Below, piece by piece: positions 35,020 to 47,000 of a DNA stretch of 64,000 nt. The position numbers and the translations under genes were made by a program. Below the pieces are notes generated by a model that was not told the DNA's origin, ran no database searches, and worked only from the letters and a program-made list of their open reading frames with translations. Every line of letters starts with the position of its first letter. The first letter of the stretch is position 1. The DNA comes from Macrostomum hystrix. Taxonomy: Eukaryota > Animalia > Platyhelminthes. The stretch lies in the NCBI GenBank assembly GCA_950097015.1, contig CATNEN010000031.1, positions 1,116,001-1,180,000 of the forward strand. Direction: 5' to 3'.

Positions 35020-38000
35020 ATGACAGAGAAAGTTATTCTGCGATTTAGTGCTAGGAAGTGCAAATTGTGCCTTCATTGCACAATCCAGGATACTCGCGAT
35101 GGCGATCCCACAAGGCGGTCAGCATCGCCACCATCAGCGTCAGCAGCCGCAGCTTCAGTTCGCCTCCAGTTGCTGGTCCTGCTACTGGCAACTGTGCTGC
35201 TGCACCAGGTCCCAATCGTCAGTGGCCGTCTTTTACATGTCAGCCTCGTCTTCCGTCACGGACACCGAGCTCCTATTCACACACTGCCAAACGACAGCCA
35301 CACTTTGGCTAACACGTGGCACGATGGACTGGGCCAACTGACTAATCTGGGGAAGCGAAACCAGTTGGATTTGGGCAAATTTCTAAGAGCTCGATACGGA
35401 AACTTCTTAGGCTCAAGGTGAGTTCTACTTGCTTTAATATGGAGCTTGAAGCTTACAGGTAGTGGTTTGATAATAATAATGTTTGCAGGAGGGCTGCGGG
35501 CAATGGCACATCATTTGGTGACACTAGACCCGCAGAAACAAGCACACAGATACTGTACGCAGGTATACGCTCACACAGGTGTGTACATCTACCTTGACTT
35601 TCTCATCGTCAGGCAGTGTACACTTTCACTGTGTCTTGCTGGATGGCCCTCAAGGGCGTGAATTGCACGACAAGGCCCATAGCCTTCTCTCCGCGGCTGC
35701 GCCACAAATGAATGTGGCCTCGCCGTGGAATCGAGCTCAGGCAAATGCGTTGACCGCTCTGACAAGCTTATCCTCCTATAGCCCAGTGGTTAGGGATTTG
35801 GACTTCTAGCTGAGAGGTCGGGAGTTCGAATCTCAGCCAAAGGAAGACAATTCGTTTCCTTAAACACGACATTTAAATTATACGTTAATAATTTATTCTT
35901 ATTCTATGTCTATATTATTCTATGAATGGAAATCAATCCTTTCAGATTTTGAATTGACATCTATGTCTATATTATTCTATGAATGGAAATCAATCCTTTC
36001 AGATTTTGAATTGACATAGGGGCTAAGCAGTCAGATCTCACAGAGATTAGCTTTATAAATTAGCTAAAATCATTTTGTTTAAATGCAACAGGCGAATAAG
36101 CTTCTGCTTGTAAGTATGTTATTTTTACAAGGGAAACAGCCAATTTATCTGATTAATTCATGCAGATGTTGCTCACAATGGCTCAGAATTCAGTGGCTAT
36201 ACAAACGCACGGAACAATAAAATAACTAGTAGTTTAGTTAGCATTTAGGAACCTGTCTCTTTCGGAGTTGACTTGACTTGACTTGACTTAGCGGCAGGGA
36301 GCCTCCATGACGGACGCAGCGAGGAGGCGGCTGATGCCGCCCATATCGCTAACCCCTGGCAGCCAGACAGCCTCCAGCGAGGCGGTGCCGCTCAGGGTGG
36401 TCCGTCGGTCGATTCCGCCGCGCGATCTTCCTCGCCATAGGCTGGGAAGAAATCAGCTCGGCCGGTATCCCGGAGGAAGTGGGCGAGCTGTGGGATGTTC
36501 TCGGGCGAGCAGGCTTCGGCGAGAGTCGGTGCCGGCCCGAGATGTTTTAGCCTAGCCCGGGTGAAGGCCGGTCAGTGGCAGATGAAATGTTCTGCATTTT
36601 CGCGTCCGGAGCAGCAGAAGGGACACGTTTCCTCAGGCACGTGGCCTTGAAGGTAGCGGTGTCTGGTGAAGCAGCCATGTCCCGAAAGAGCCATAGTGAC
36701 TGCTCTTAGGTCTCTGCGGTTAAGCCTGAGTAAGGCCTTACGCAGGTTACTAGAGGGGGTTGGCACCGCAGCCCTGGACTGGCGACAGTTCAGGGTGCTG
36801 GACCACCTCCTCCGGTGCTGGGTCTCCATCCAGCAGTTGATGCTGGAGTTGACAACTGAGATGGGGATCGGGGACTCCGGGCCCGGGCCCATCAGGGAGC
36901 TGGCTGCTCCAGCCTTAGCAAGCTGGTCCGCCATCTCATTCCCTGTGAACCCGGCATGCCCAGGGATCCACAGCAGCTCCACCTTGTTAGACTGCGCCAA
37001 CCCGTTTAACTGGGTGTTGCAGTCCAAGGTGGTTCTGGAGCGAGAGGTGCAGCGGCTGAGGGCCTTGAGGGCTGCTTGACTGTCGGAGTGAAAAAAGATC
37101 CTCCGACCAGCCAGCTGCCTCTGGCGCAGCTCAGCCGCACAGAAGCTGATGGCGAGCACTTCGTTTTGGAAAACGCTAGAGCTCTTGCCACAGTATTGGG
37201 AGTGGGTCCAGAGGACCTCACCACCCGAGGCGACGCACACTCCGAATCCCGATTTACCGTTCATCAGAGAGCCGTCAGTGTAACAGTGGACTGCCGGGTC
37301 ATCCCAGCAGTCCTTTACCTCATTACGAGGGGAGATGCTGACTTTGTACCTGTGGCTCCGGAGTAAAGTGGCCGGGGCCCCGTCCGAAAGGATGGTGAGC
37401 CCTCCGCACTCGCCCAGAGTTTTCAGGCAGAGGTCAGAGTGAGGCAGAAGGGAGCGCTTCGAGAAGGCTCGCGAATTCTGGAAGGAGACACCCGCATCAA
37501 GAAGACGACGGGTGGACTTTGCTGCTTCCCCCTTGACGAAAATGTAAATGGGTGTAGCGTTGAGGAAAGCATTCATGCCTTCGAAAGGAGTGGAGGGTGG
37601 GGCGCCCAGCGTCATACGACAGGCTCTGCCCTGCACCCTATAAAGCGCCTCCAGGTTTTTCTGGATGCCCATGGCGCTGGCCCAGATGAGGCCAGCGTAA
37701 GCGACGGACGGTCTAATGATCGCCGTGTAAATCCACCAAAGGTTCTTGGGGGTTAGCCCCCAAGTGGTGCCCACGGCACGCCTGACTTGCGCCAGTATGG
37801 CCAGGGCCCTCTTGGCCTTTGTGGTGATGTGTGGGGTCCAGTTAAGCCTATGGTCTAGCACGAGACCAAGGCACCGGACCTGCTTTTCCATGGCAATATT
37901 CTTGCCATAGAGAGTCAGAGGCTTAATGGTCCAGAGCAGTTTGCTGGTAAACATAACCGCAACGGTCTTGGACTCAGAGAGTCGGAGCCCGCATTGGTCC

Positions 38001-41000
38001 GCCCAGCGCACCGCCCTGTTGATAAAGCCCTGGATGAGGTCTCTGGTGGTTTCCGCCGAGGGGCCCGCGCAGATGGCGGTCACATCGTCGGCATATCCCA
38101 CCTTCAGGGCTGGGTCAGGACGAGTGCTTTTCAGCAGCTCATCCATGACGAGATTCCACAGCAGTGGGGTGAGGACGCCGCCTTGGGGCCCTCCTTTTAG
38201 GACAGGTGCCGAGAGCAGCCTTCGAGGTGGGCCACCACGTGGCGATGCCGGATCATGTACATGACCCAGCGAACGAGGTGGGGGTGAGTGGCCCTGGAGA
38301 CCAGGGCCTCCTCAAAAGCTTCGAAAACAACGTTATCGAAGGCCCCCTCAATGTCTAGGAAGACAGCCAGGGCAAAACCGCTGCCCAGCACTGCCTTCTC
38401 GAGAGTCTCCACGATGCAGTGGAGGGCGCTCTCCGTGGACCGGCCCGCCCGAAAGGCGTGCTGGTTTGGGGAGAGCGGGGCCCGCCCTAGCTCTACAGTA
38501 AGAAGGCGCCAAAGCACCAGTCTTTCCATGAGCTTGAGGCAGGTGGAAGTCAAGCTTATCGGGCGATAGGACTTGACCGAGCGATAGTCGCCTTTGGCGG
38601 GCTTCGGGATGAAGACGACCCGGGCTTCGTGCCACAGCGCTGGTACATAGCCCAGCACGATGCAGGCCCGTAGAAGTCTGCAGAGGAGATGGAGGAAGCG
38701 GCCATTTTTGACCGCTTCATGCAAAAAGGCCGGATAAATACCATCTGACCCAGGTGCTTTGAAAGGGTTGAATGACTTTGCCGCGCGAACGATGCGGTCA
38801 TTCGGGACGAGTGACTGAGCCAGGCCCTGACCTCCACGTGAGTGGTCGTCTGGGCCAAAGTGCGCCGGTACACTCGGGAAGAAATGCCCTAGCATAAGCT
38901 CGAGCGTTTCCTCCGGGCGCTCCGTGATCGAGCCGTCTGGCTTTTTGATCGATGAGAGCTTGGAGAAGCGGTCGTTGGTGAGCGCCTTTACCACGCGGGC
39001 CGTGGGCCGCGAGCCCTCAAGCCCTTCGCAGTATTGTCGCCACTTGTCCGCTTTTGCCCTTCTGACCCGGCCCTTAAACTCATGGATAGCGCGAGTATAG
39101 GCCTCTTTGTCATCAGGGTCGTGCGAGATTTTCAGCCTCCTCTGGAGAGCCTTTGCTCGGCGTCTCAGGACTCCGAGCTCGGGGTTCCACCAGGGGGCCG
39201 ATTTTTTGCCTTTGTAGGCTTTGAGCGGGCAAGCCATTTCGTAGGCCTCTGTGATGGCGCCGCCCAGCAGGGCAGCCACTCCATCTAGGTCCTGCGTGGT
39301 TGCCATGGCCATGGAGGGGTCGGAATCCCGAAGGCTCTCATGCAGCTTTTGGCTGAACACGGGCCAGTCGGTGTTTCTGACATTACGCCTCCAAATAGGC
39401 TTTTGCTTCTTATCGGGGGTACCGATGTTGAAGCGAATGAAGCGGTGGTCCGAGAGCGAGCTTTCGGTCTCCCACACCTCCCACCCCAGCACCCTTGGGA
39501 GGATGCCGGGTGAGGCCAGGGTGACGTCAAGCACCTCAGCCCACCGCCCATTGTCGAACGTGGGCGTGTTGCCCACATTGCAGAAGTTAAGAGGCGTGCC
39601 GCTAACGAAGGCCAGGAGCTCTTCGCCGCGGTCATTGATTTTTGAGCTACCCCAGTGGGTGTGATGCGAGTTTGCATCTCCCGCGAGGAGCAGCTCAAAA
39701 TTTCGTGCCCTGGCGAAATCACAGAGGGCGACGAGGGTATCGCTGACCACGGGGGCGTCGCCTGCCAGGTAGGCGGATGCCACGAGGGTCAACTTGTTGG
39801 GCACAATGTGTGCAGATTGGATGACGCAGATGTCCCCGTTAGAGAGATCGGGTCTCATCCACGCATTTAAGGCTTTTGCAGCATAGATCAGTGATCTAGG
39901 GCGGACAGAGTCTGCCATGCAGAAGCAGTCATAGCCAGCAGGAATGTTACTTGGCTTGTTTTTTGATAACCAGGGCTCCTGCACAAGTACAAGGCCCGGC
40001 ATCGTGCGCTCTGTCGTGCGCATCAGATTGACTGATGCTGCCACGCAGTGCTGGGTGTTAACTTGCAGACATGATATTCCGGGGATCATCATGCAGGCAG
40101 AGGTCTACTTGGAGGGGGACTCAGCCAGAAGGCGGTCCTCCTCCTCCGGGTCGATGTCGGTAGCCATGGGCTCCTCCGTGCCCCGGCCCCGAGCCAGAGG
40201 CGGGAACTCGACGGGGTCAGCCGCCCAGTCCCCACCCCCGGCCCCGAGCCCAGGCCCAGAGTCACCCTCAACCGGTGCCGACAACGCACCCTGGGCCGTG
40301 GGAGGGGCGCTCGAAGGGCCCTGCTCGATGGAGCTGGGCACCTTAGAGGCCTCCCCCGTAGCCCTTGGTTGCGGCGCCTGCCCCGGTGGGCCACCGCGCA
40401 TCTCAGCGCGCAGCTGGGCCATCCTGGCGGTTCGCACCACCTCGGAGGCCCGCTGGAGAAGGCCCCGGCGCTTTGTGATGCGCGCGGGGCGACGCTCAGA
40501 GCTGCCAGCGATGGCACGCTCTGGCCTTTTTTGGCGAGACGACTGGGCCCTGCCCCCAGTCCCAACCTCGGGGTCCGAGGACCCTTCAGTGGCCGGTACG
40601 GTGGTGGGCCCGGTCTGACCTCGAGTTTTATCTGCCTCGAAGGCGAAGATTTTGGTCTTCCACAGACAAATGCAGATGTTGGCGCCATCTGGGTATCGGC
40701 GTGTCCATTGCTCGGACAGGCCCAGAATGGCGGTGAACCCGGTGCCATCGGGGCGCAGGATCGTGCGGTGCACGATCAGGCCCGCTGTCGGCAGCTCCCG
40801 GTTCATCGCGATGAGGCCCATGCGGAGGTCCTCAGCGCTAGTGACGACACTTTTCGCCGGGACGAAAATGCGGTGTCGCTTGGTCTTTGGTGGCTCGTTC
40901 TCCCGGAGGAAGTCGAGGCCAGCCGCCCAGCTCTGCGTGGGCAGCAACTCAAGGAGCCGCCGCCCTGATTCCGCGTCGCCGGGCCAGACGACGAAGCACG

Positions 41001-44000
41001 ATTCCCTGGTAGCGCTTGCGCCGACCGCCAGGGGCTCGCCCTTCAGTTGAAGTTGCCACAGCATAGCATCTATGTTGCGGCAAATGTTGCTGAGCTGTTC
41101 GCTGCTCAGCCTTTTTCCGTCTCTGCCGGTGATGACAACGGCAGGTTGCCTACGTGCGATGGCGGCGTAGGTGGCATGTGGTCCCGGGCCCTGTCCGGTG
41201 GCGACCCCACCCTCGGGATCAGCGTCGGCGGTGGGCACAGGGCCCTCTGCCTCCGCTTCTCCTTCAGGCCGAGCCGCCGTCCGGATGGGCGCCGGGACCT
41301 CCTTGGCCCGCGACCCTGGCCTCGGGGCGTCGTGGGCTCCGCCCCGTGCAGGAGCCTGGGCAGGAGGCGCAAGGCCCCCCGCCCCAGCCCCCGCCCTAGG
41401 CAGAGCCCCTTCGGCCCCTCTGGCCTGGGCCCGGTCCTCGGTCGATGGAGCCGGCTTGCCGTGGGCCATTAAGCGCCTACGACGCTTTGCCGCTCCAGAG
41501 GTTGTGGAGCGCTTAGCGCCCCGGTCATCGCGCGAGTTGGGCAGCGCGGCATTTGTGGCGGTCGCGGGGCCAGCTAGCCCGGGCGCCGCAGCGTGTATGG
41601 CCTCGGGCACCATGGTGTCCTCGGCCGGAGCAGTTGGAAGGCTGGAAGCCATTAGAAGCTGCAATGAGGAGAGGGGCTTCCTGTAGACACAGGCAGGAAT
41701 AACCCGCTCAGCCGCGATCCCAAAGCTGAGCGGGGGCAGCCAAAAAAGACAAGTTACAACCCGGGGTGGGATGCCAGGACCACCGGGAGGAACCGTAGGA
41801 GGCCAGACTACTCCCTGGTCAAGCGTCCATCAGCACGGTCAACACTGGGACATTAGAGGGCGCTATTTGGCCAGCGCCGAGGCCTGCGGACTGGCCGCAT
41901 ACCCTGTTAAGGTCAAAGGGTGACACCTTTCCCTCAGAGCGTAGCCAGAGGTACCTGATCACGCACAGGTGCACGAACGCTGCGGACTGGCCGCATACCC
42001 TGTTTAGGTCAAAGGGTGACACCTTTCCCTCGGAGCCGTAGCCAGAGGTACCTGATCACGCACAGGTGCACGAACGCTGCGGACTGGCCGCATACCCTGT
42101 TAAGGTCAAAGGGTGACACCTTTCCCTCCAGCCGGGGCTAGAGGTACCCAGTTAGGCCGGAGGCCCTGGATGGGTCATCCAGCGCTGTTGCCCATTCTGT
42201 CCGGCTGCCCTAGGGTCAGCCTTGAACACTCGCGGGACGTGTACCCATGGGTCAGCTGACGGGACAACGTGGAGAGGATTCCTGCACCCGGAGGCACAGG
42301 GCTCCATTCCTGCCAAGCCTGCTCAAAAGACGACTGCAGGTGTGAGGCATCGCAGACCTTAGCCCGTAGGCCTGGTCTGACTCATACCACACAGGCATTG
42401 TGTCCCGCCGGTGCGAGCCTCTTTCGGAGTTGCTAACCAGGGCTGTGCGGGTTGTGAATTCACAAAAACTGGGTACCAGGTGCCGGGTAATATTTTCTCA
42501 AGCATTTCGGGTATCGGGTACCGACTTGCTGAAATAAGCCTGTGTTAATGGACACCGGGTACCGGCTATTTACTTTTTCCTCACCTCACCATCCCCAATT
42601 TCCACCAGATCCCCGATCCCCGTTCCCATTCTCAATTTCAGAATTGTTGCTTTTTTGACACAATAAAAGGTTAAAGTCTACTACAAGGTTTTATGTCAAG
42701 TCAGTTTAAGTCAGCTTAATTGTTCAGAGCAACCCCAGTCAGTTTTTAACTTTGTGTGAATAGATTGCACTAAAATTCAATCTAACTCCTAACCTCTGCA
42801 CTCCTCACCTCTCTCCTCTCCTCTCCTGAACTCTACCCTACTCTTATAAGTTATATCCTCTCTTCTCTCCTCTCCTTAGCTCTACCCTACTCTTCTCTCT
42901 TCTCCTCAGCTCCACCCTACTCTTCTCTCTTCTCCTCAGCTCTACCCTACTCTTCTCTCCTCTCCTTAGCTCTACCCTACTCTTCTCTCCTCTCCTCAGC
43001 TCTACCCTACTCTTCTCTCCTCTCCTCAGCTCTGCTCTACTCTTCTCCTCTCCTCAGCTCTACCCTATACTCTTCTCTCCTCTCCTTAGCTCTACCCTAC
43101 TCTTCTCACCTCTCCTCAGCTCTACCCTACTCTTCTCTCCTCTCCTCAGCTCTGCTCTACTCTTCTCCTCTCCTCAGCTCTACCCTACTCTTCTCTCCTC
43201 TCCTCAGCTCTGCTCTACTCTTCTCCTCTCCTCAGCTCTACCCTATACTCTTCTCTCCTCTCCTCAGCTCCACCCTACTCTTCTCTCCTCTCCTCAGCTC
43301 TGCTCTACTCTTCTCTCCTCTCCTCAGCTCCACCCTACTCTTCTCTCCTCTCCTCAGCTCTGCTCTACTCTTCTCTCCTCTCCTCAGCTCCACCCTACTC
43401 TTCTCTCCTCTCCTCAGCTCCACCCTACTCTTCTCTCCTCTCCTCAGCTCCACCCTACTCTTCTCTCCTCTCCTCAGCTCCACCCTACTCTTCTCTCCTC
43501 TCCTCAGCTCTGCTCTACTCTTCTCTCCTCTCCTCAGCTCCACCCTACTCTTCTCTCCTCTCCTCAGCTCCACCCTACTCTTCTCTCCTCTCCTCAGCTC
43601 CACCCTACTCTTCTCTCCTCTCCTCAGCTCTGCTCTACTCTTCTCTCCTCTCCTCAGCTCCACCCTACTCTTCTCTCCTCTCCTCAGCTCCACCCTACTC
43701 TTCTCTCCTCTCCTCAGCTCCACCCTACTCTTCTCTCCTCTCCTCAGCTCCACCCTACTCTTCTCTCCTCTCCTCAGCTCCACCCTACTCTTCTCACCTC
43801 TCCTCAGCTCTACCCTACTCTTCTCTCCTCTCCTCAGCTCTGCTCTACTCTTCTCCTCTCCTCAGCTCTACCCTATACTCTTCTCTCCTCTCCTCAGCTC
43901 TACCCTACTCTTCTCTCCTCTCCTCAGCTCTGCTCTACTCTTCTCCTCTCCTCAGCTCTACCCTATACTCTTCTCTCCTCTCCTCAGCTCCACCCTACTC

Positions 44001-47000
44001 TTCTCTCCTCTCCTCAGCTCTGCTCTACTCTTATCTCCTCTCCTCAGCTCCACCCTACTCTTCTCTCCTCTCCTCAGCTCCACCCTACTCTTCTCTCCTC
44101 TCCTCAGCTCCACCCTACTCTTCACTCCTCTCCTCAGCTCTGCTCTACTCTTCTCTCCTCTCCTCAGCTCCACCCTACTCTTCTCTCCTCTCCTCAGCTC
44201 TGCTCTACTCTTATCTCCTCTCCTCAGCTCCACCCTACTCTTCTCTCCTCTCCTCAGCTCCACCCTACTCTTCTCTCCTCTCCTCAGCTCCACCCTACTC
44301 TTCTCTCCTCTCCTCAGCTCCACCCTACTCTTCTCTCCTCTCCTCAGCTCTGCTCAACTCTTATCTCCTCTCCTCAGCTCCACCCTACTCTTCTCTCCTC
44401 TCCTCAGCTCCACCCTACTCTTCTCTCCTCTCCTCAGCTCCACCCTACTCTTCTCTCCTCTCCTCAGCTCCACCCTACTCTTCTCTCCTCTCCTCAGCTC
44501 CACCCTACTCTTCTCTCCTCTCCTCAGCTCCACCCTACTCTTCTCTCCTCTCCTCAGCTCTGCTCTACTCTTCTCTCCTCTCCTCAGCTCCACCCTACTC
44601 TTCTCTCCTCTCCTCAGCTCTGCTCTACTCTTCTCTCCTCTCCTCAGCTCCACCCTACTCTTCTCTCCTCTCCTCAGCTCCACCCTACTCTTCTCTCCTC
44701 TCCTCAGCTCCACCCTACTCTTCTCTCCTCTCCTCAGCTCCACCCTACTCTTCTCTCCTCTCCTCAGCTCCACCCTACTCTTCTCTCCTCTCCTCAGCTC
44801 TACCTTACTCTTCTCTCCTCTCCTCAGCTCTGCTCTACTCTTCTCTCCTCTCCTCAGCTCCACCCTACTCTTCTCTCCTCTCCTCAGCTCCACCCTACTC
44901 TTCTCTCCTCTCCTCAGCTCTACCCTACTCTTCTCTCCTCTCCTTAGCTCTACCCTACTCTTCTCTCCTCTCCTCAGCTCCACCCTACTCTTCTCTCCTC
45001 TCCTCAGCTCTACCCTACTCTTCTCTCCTCTCCTCAGCTCTACCCTACTCTTCTCTCCTCTCCTCAGCTCTGCTCTACTCTTCTCCTCTCCTCAGCTCTA
45101 CCCTACTCTTCTCTCCTCTCCTCAGCTCTGCTCTACTCTTCTCCTCTCCTCAGCTCTACCCTATACTCTTCTCTCCTCTCCTCAGCTCCACCCTACTCTT
45201 CTCTCCTCTCCTCAGCTCTGCTCTACTCTTCTCTCCTCTCCTCAGCTCCACCCTACTCTTCTCTCCTCTCCTCAGCTCTGCTCTACTCTTCTCTCCTCTC
45301 CTCAGCTCCACCCTACTCTTCTCTCCTCTCCTCAGCTCCACCCTACTCTTCTCTCCTCTCCTCAGCTCCACCCTACTCTTCTCTCCTCTCCTCAGCTCCA
45401 CCCTACTCTTCTCTCCTCTCCTCAGCTCTACCTTACTCTTCTCTCCTCTCCTCAGCTCTGCTCTACTCTTCTCTCCTCTCCTCAGCTCCACCCTACTCTT
45501 CTCTCCTCTCCTCAGCTCCACCCTACTCTTCTCTCCTCTCCTCAGCTCTACCCTACTCTTCTCTCCTCTCCTTAGCTCTACCCTACTCTTCTCTCCTCTC
45601 CTCAGCTCCACCCTACTCTTCTCTCCTCTCCTCAGCTCTACCCTACTCTTCTCTCCTCTCCTCAGCTCTACCCTACTCTTCTCTCCTCTCCTCAGCTCTG
45701 CTCTACTCTTCTCCTCTCCTCAGCTCTACCCTACTCTTCTCTCCTCTCCTCAGCTCTGCTCTACTCTTCTCCTCTCCTCAGCTCTACCCTATACTCTTCT
45801 CTCCTCTCCTCAGCTCCACCCTACTCTTCTCTCCTCTCCTCAGCTCTGCTCTACTCTTCTCTCCTCTCCTCAGCTCCACCCTACTCTTCTCTCCTCTCCT
45901 CAGCTCTGCTCTACTCTTCTCTCCTCTCCTCAGCTCCACCCTACTCTTCTCTCCTCTCCTCAGCTCCACCCTACTCTTCTCTCCTCTCCTCAGCTCCACC
46001 CTACTCTTCTCTCCTCTCCTCAGCTCCACCCTACTCTTCTCTCCTCTCCTCAGCTCTACCTTACTCTTCTCTCCTCTCCTCAGCTCTGCTCTACTCTTCT
46101 CTCCTCTCCTCAGCTCCACCCTACTCTTCTCTCCTCTCCTCAGCTCCACCCTACTCTTCTCTCCTCTCCTCAGCTCCACCCTACTCTTCTCTCCTCTCCT
46201 CAGCTCCACCCTACTCTTCTCTCCTCTCCTCAGCTCCACCCTACTCTTCTCTCCTCTCCTCAGCTCCACTCTACTCTTCTCTCCTCTCCTCAGCTCTACC
46301 TTACTCTTCTCTCCTCTCCTCAGCTCTGCTCTACTCTTCTCTCCTCTCCTCAGCTCCACCCTACTCTTCTCTCCTCTCCTCAGCTCCACCCTACTCTTCT
46401 CTCCTCTCCTCAGCTCCACCCTACTCTTCTCTCCTCTCCTCAGCTCTACCTTACTCTTCTCTCCTCTCCTCAGCTCTACCCTACTCTTCTCACCTGTCCT
46501 CAGCTCTACCCTACTCTTCTCCTCTTATCAGCTCTACCCTACTACCCTACCCTACCCTACCCTGATCAGCGGCGAGGCCATTCTCATTTTAGGGCCAGTC
46601 TCAGAGCTGCCCTAAAGGCTTGGGTGATTGTCGCGAAATTTACTTCCTTGATGGCCAACCTCCATGCAAAGCACAATGAGAGCAATACGAAGCAACCTTC
46701 TTATAGTGGCTCCATCAATGTTCAGGCGTCCTTTGAATTGACCGGTAGTTTTATTCGTGGTACGCCACAATGTCATCCTGAATCCGCAGGTACAACAGCA
46801 GCGAGCATCGTGTGCGGTCCAGCAACATCGATCGTACCCTGATGAGCGCGCAGGCCTGCTTGGCGGGCCTGTTCCCACCGACTGGCGACCAGGTGTGGCA
46901 GCCGGAGCTGAGCTGGCAGCCGATTCCGGTGCACACCGTCGCACACAACTCGGACCCATTGTTGCTGCCGCACGACCTGCCAGGATGCCAGCAGACCTTC

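Larger units (their letters stand above)
36271..42418 (-). mobile_element. Full-length non-LTR retrotransposon (APE-RT-RNase H; LOA/Lian-like clade of the I group)
   Basis: Perfect 14-bp TSD ctctttcggagttg (36257-36270; 42419-42432); (caagt)n 3' tail; two ORFs; lies antisense in the acid phosphatase intron. Confidence 0.95.

Noticed and set aside
35779-35850. tRNA gene candidates (also 4905-4974, 23770-23848, 55610-55966, 3010-3035)
   Set aside because: A/B boxes are present but the cloverleaf and acceptor stem are not; they continue into SINE bodies.
36666-41686. Many plus-strand ORFs overlapping the retrotransposon
   Set aside because: GC-rich antisense shadows of ORF1/ORF2 without recognisable motifs.
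41945-42005. Hammerhead-like CUGAUCA...GAAC in the 5' UTR monomers
   Set aside because: The core is broken (C3/C8 cannot pair, GAAC instead of GAAA, poor stem II) and it is antisense to the element.
42255-42290. Alternative HDV fold using cucuccacgu as L3 and gcgggac/gucccgu as P1
   Set aside because: No P3 closure or P1.1 partner; this helix is better explained as the stem closing J1/2.
43238-46419. [10 protein letters not shown]-repeat ORFs (also the repeat ORFs at 14102-14595, 20954-21530, 29590-30670, 33092-33811, 57900-58455)
   Set aside because: Minisatellite artefacts with no unique coding flanks or supported starts.
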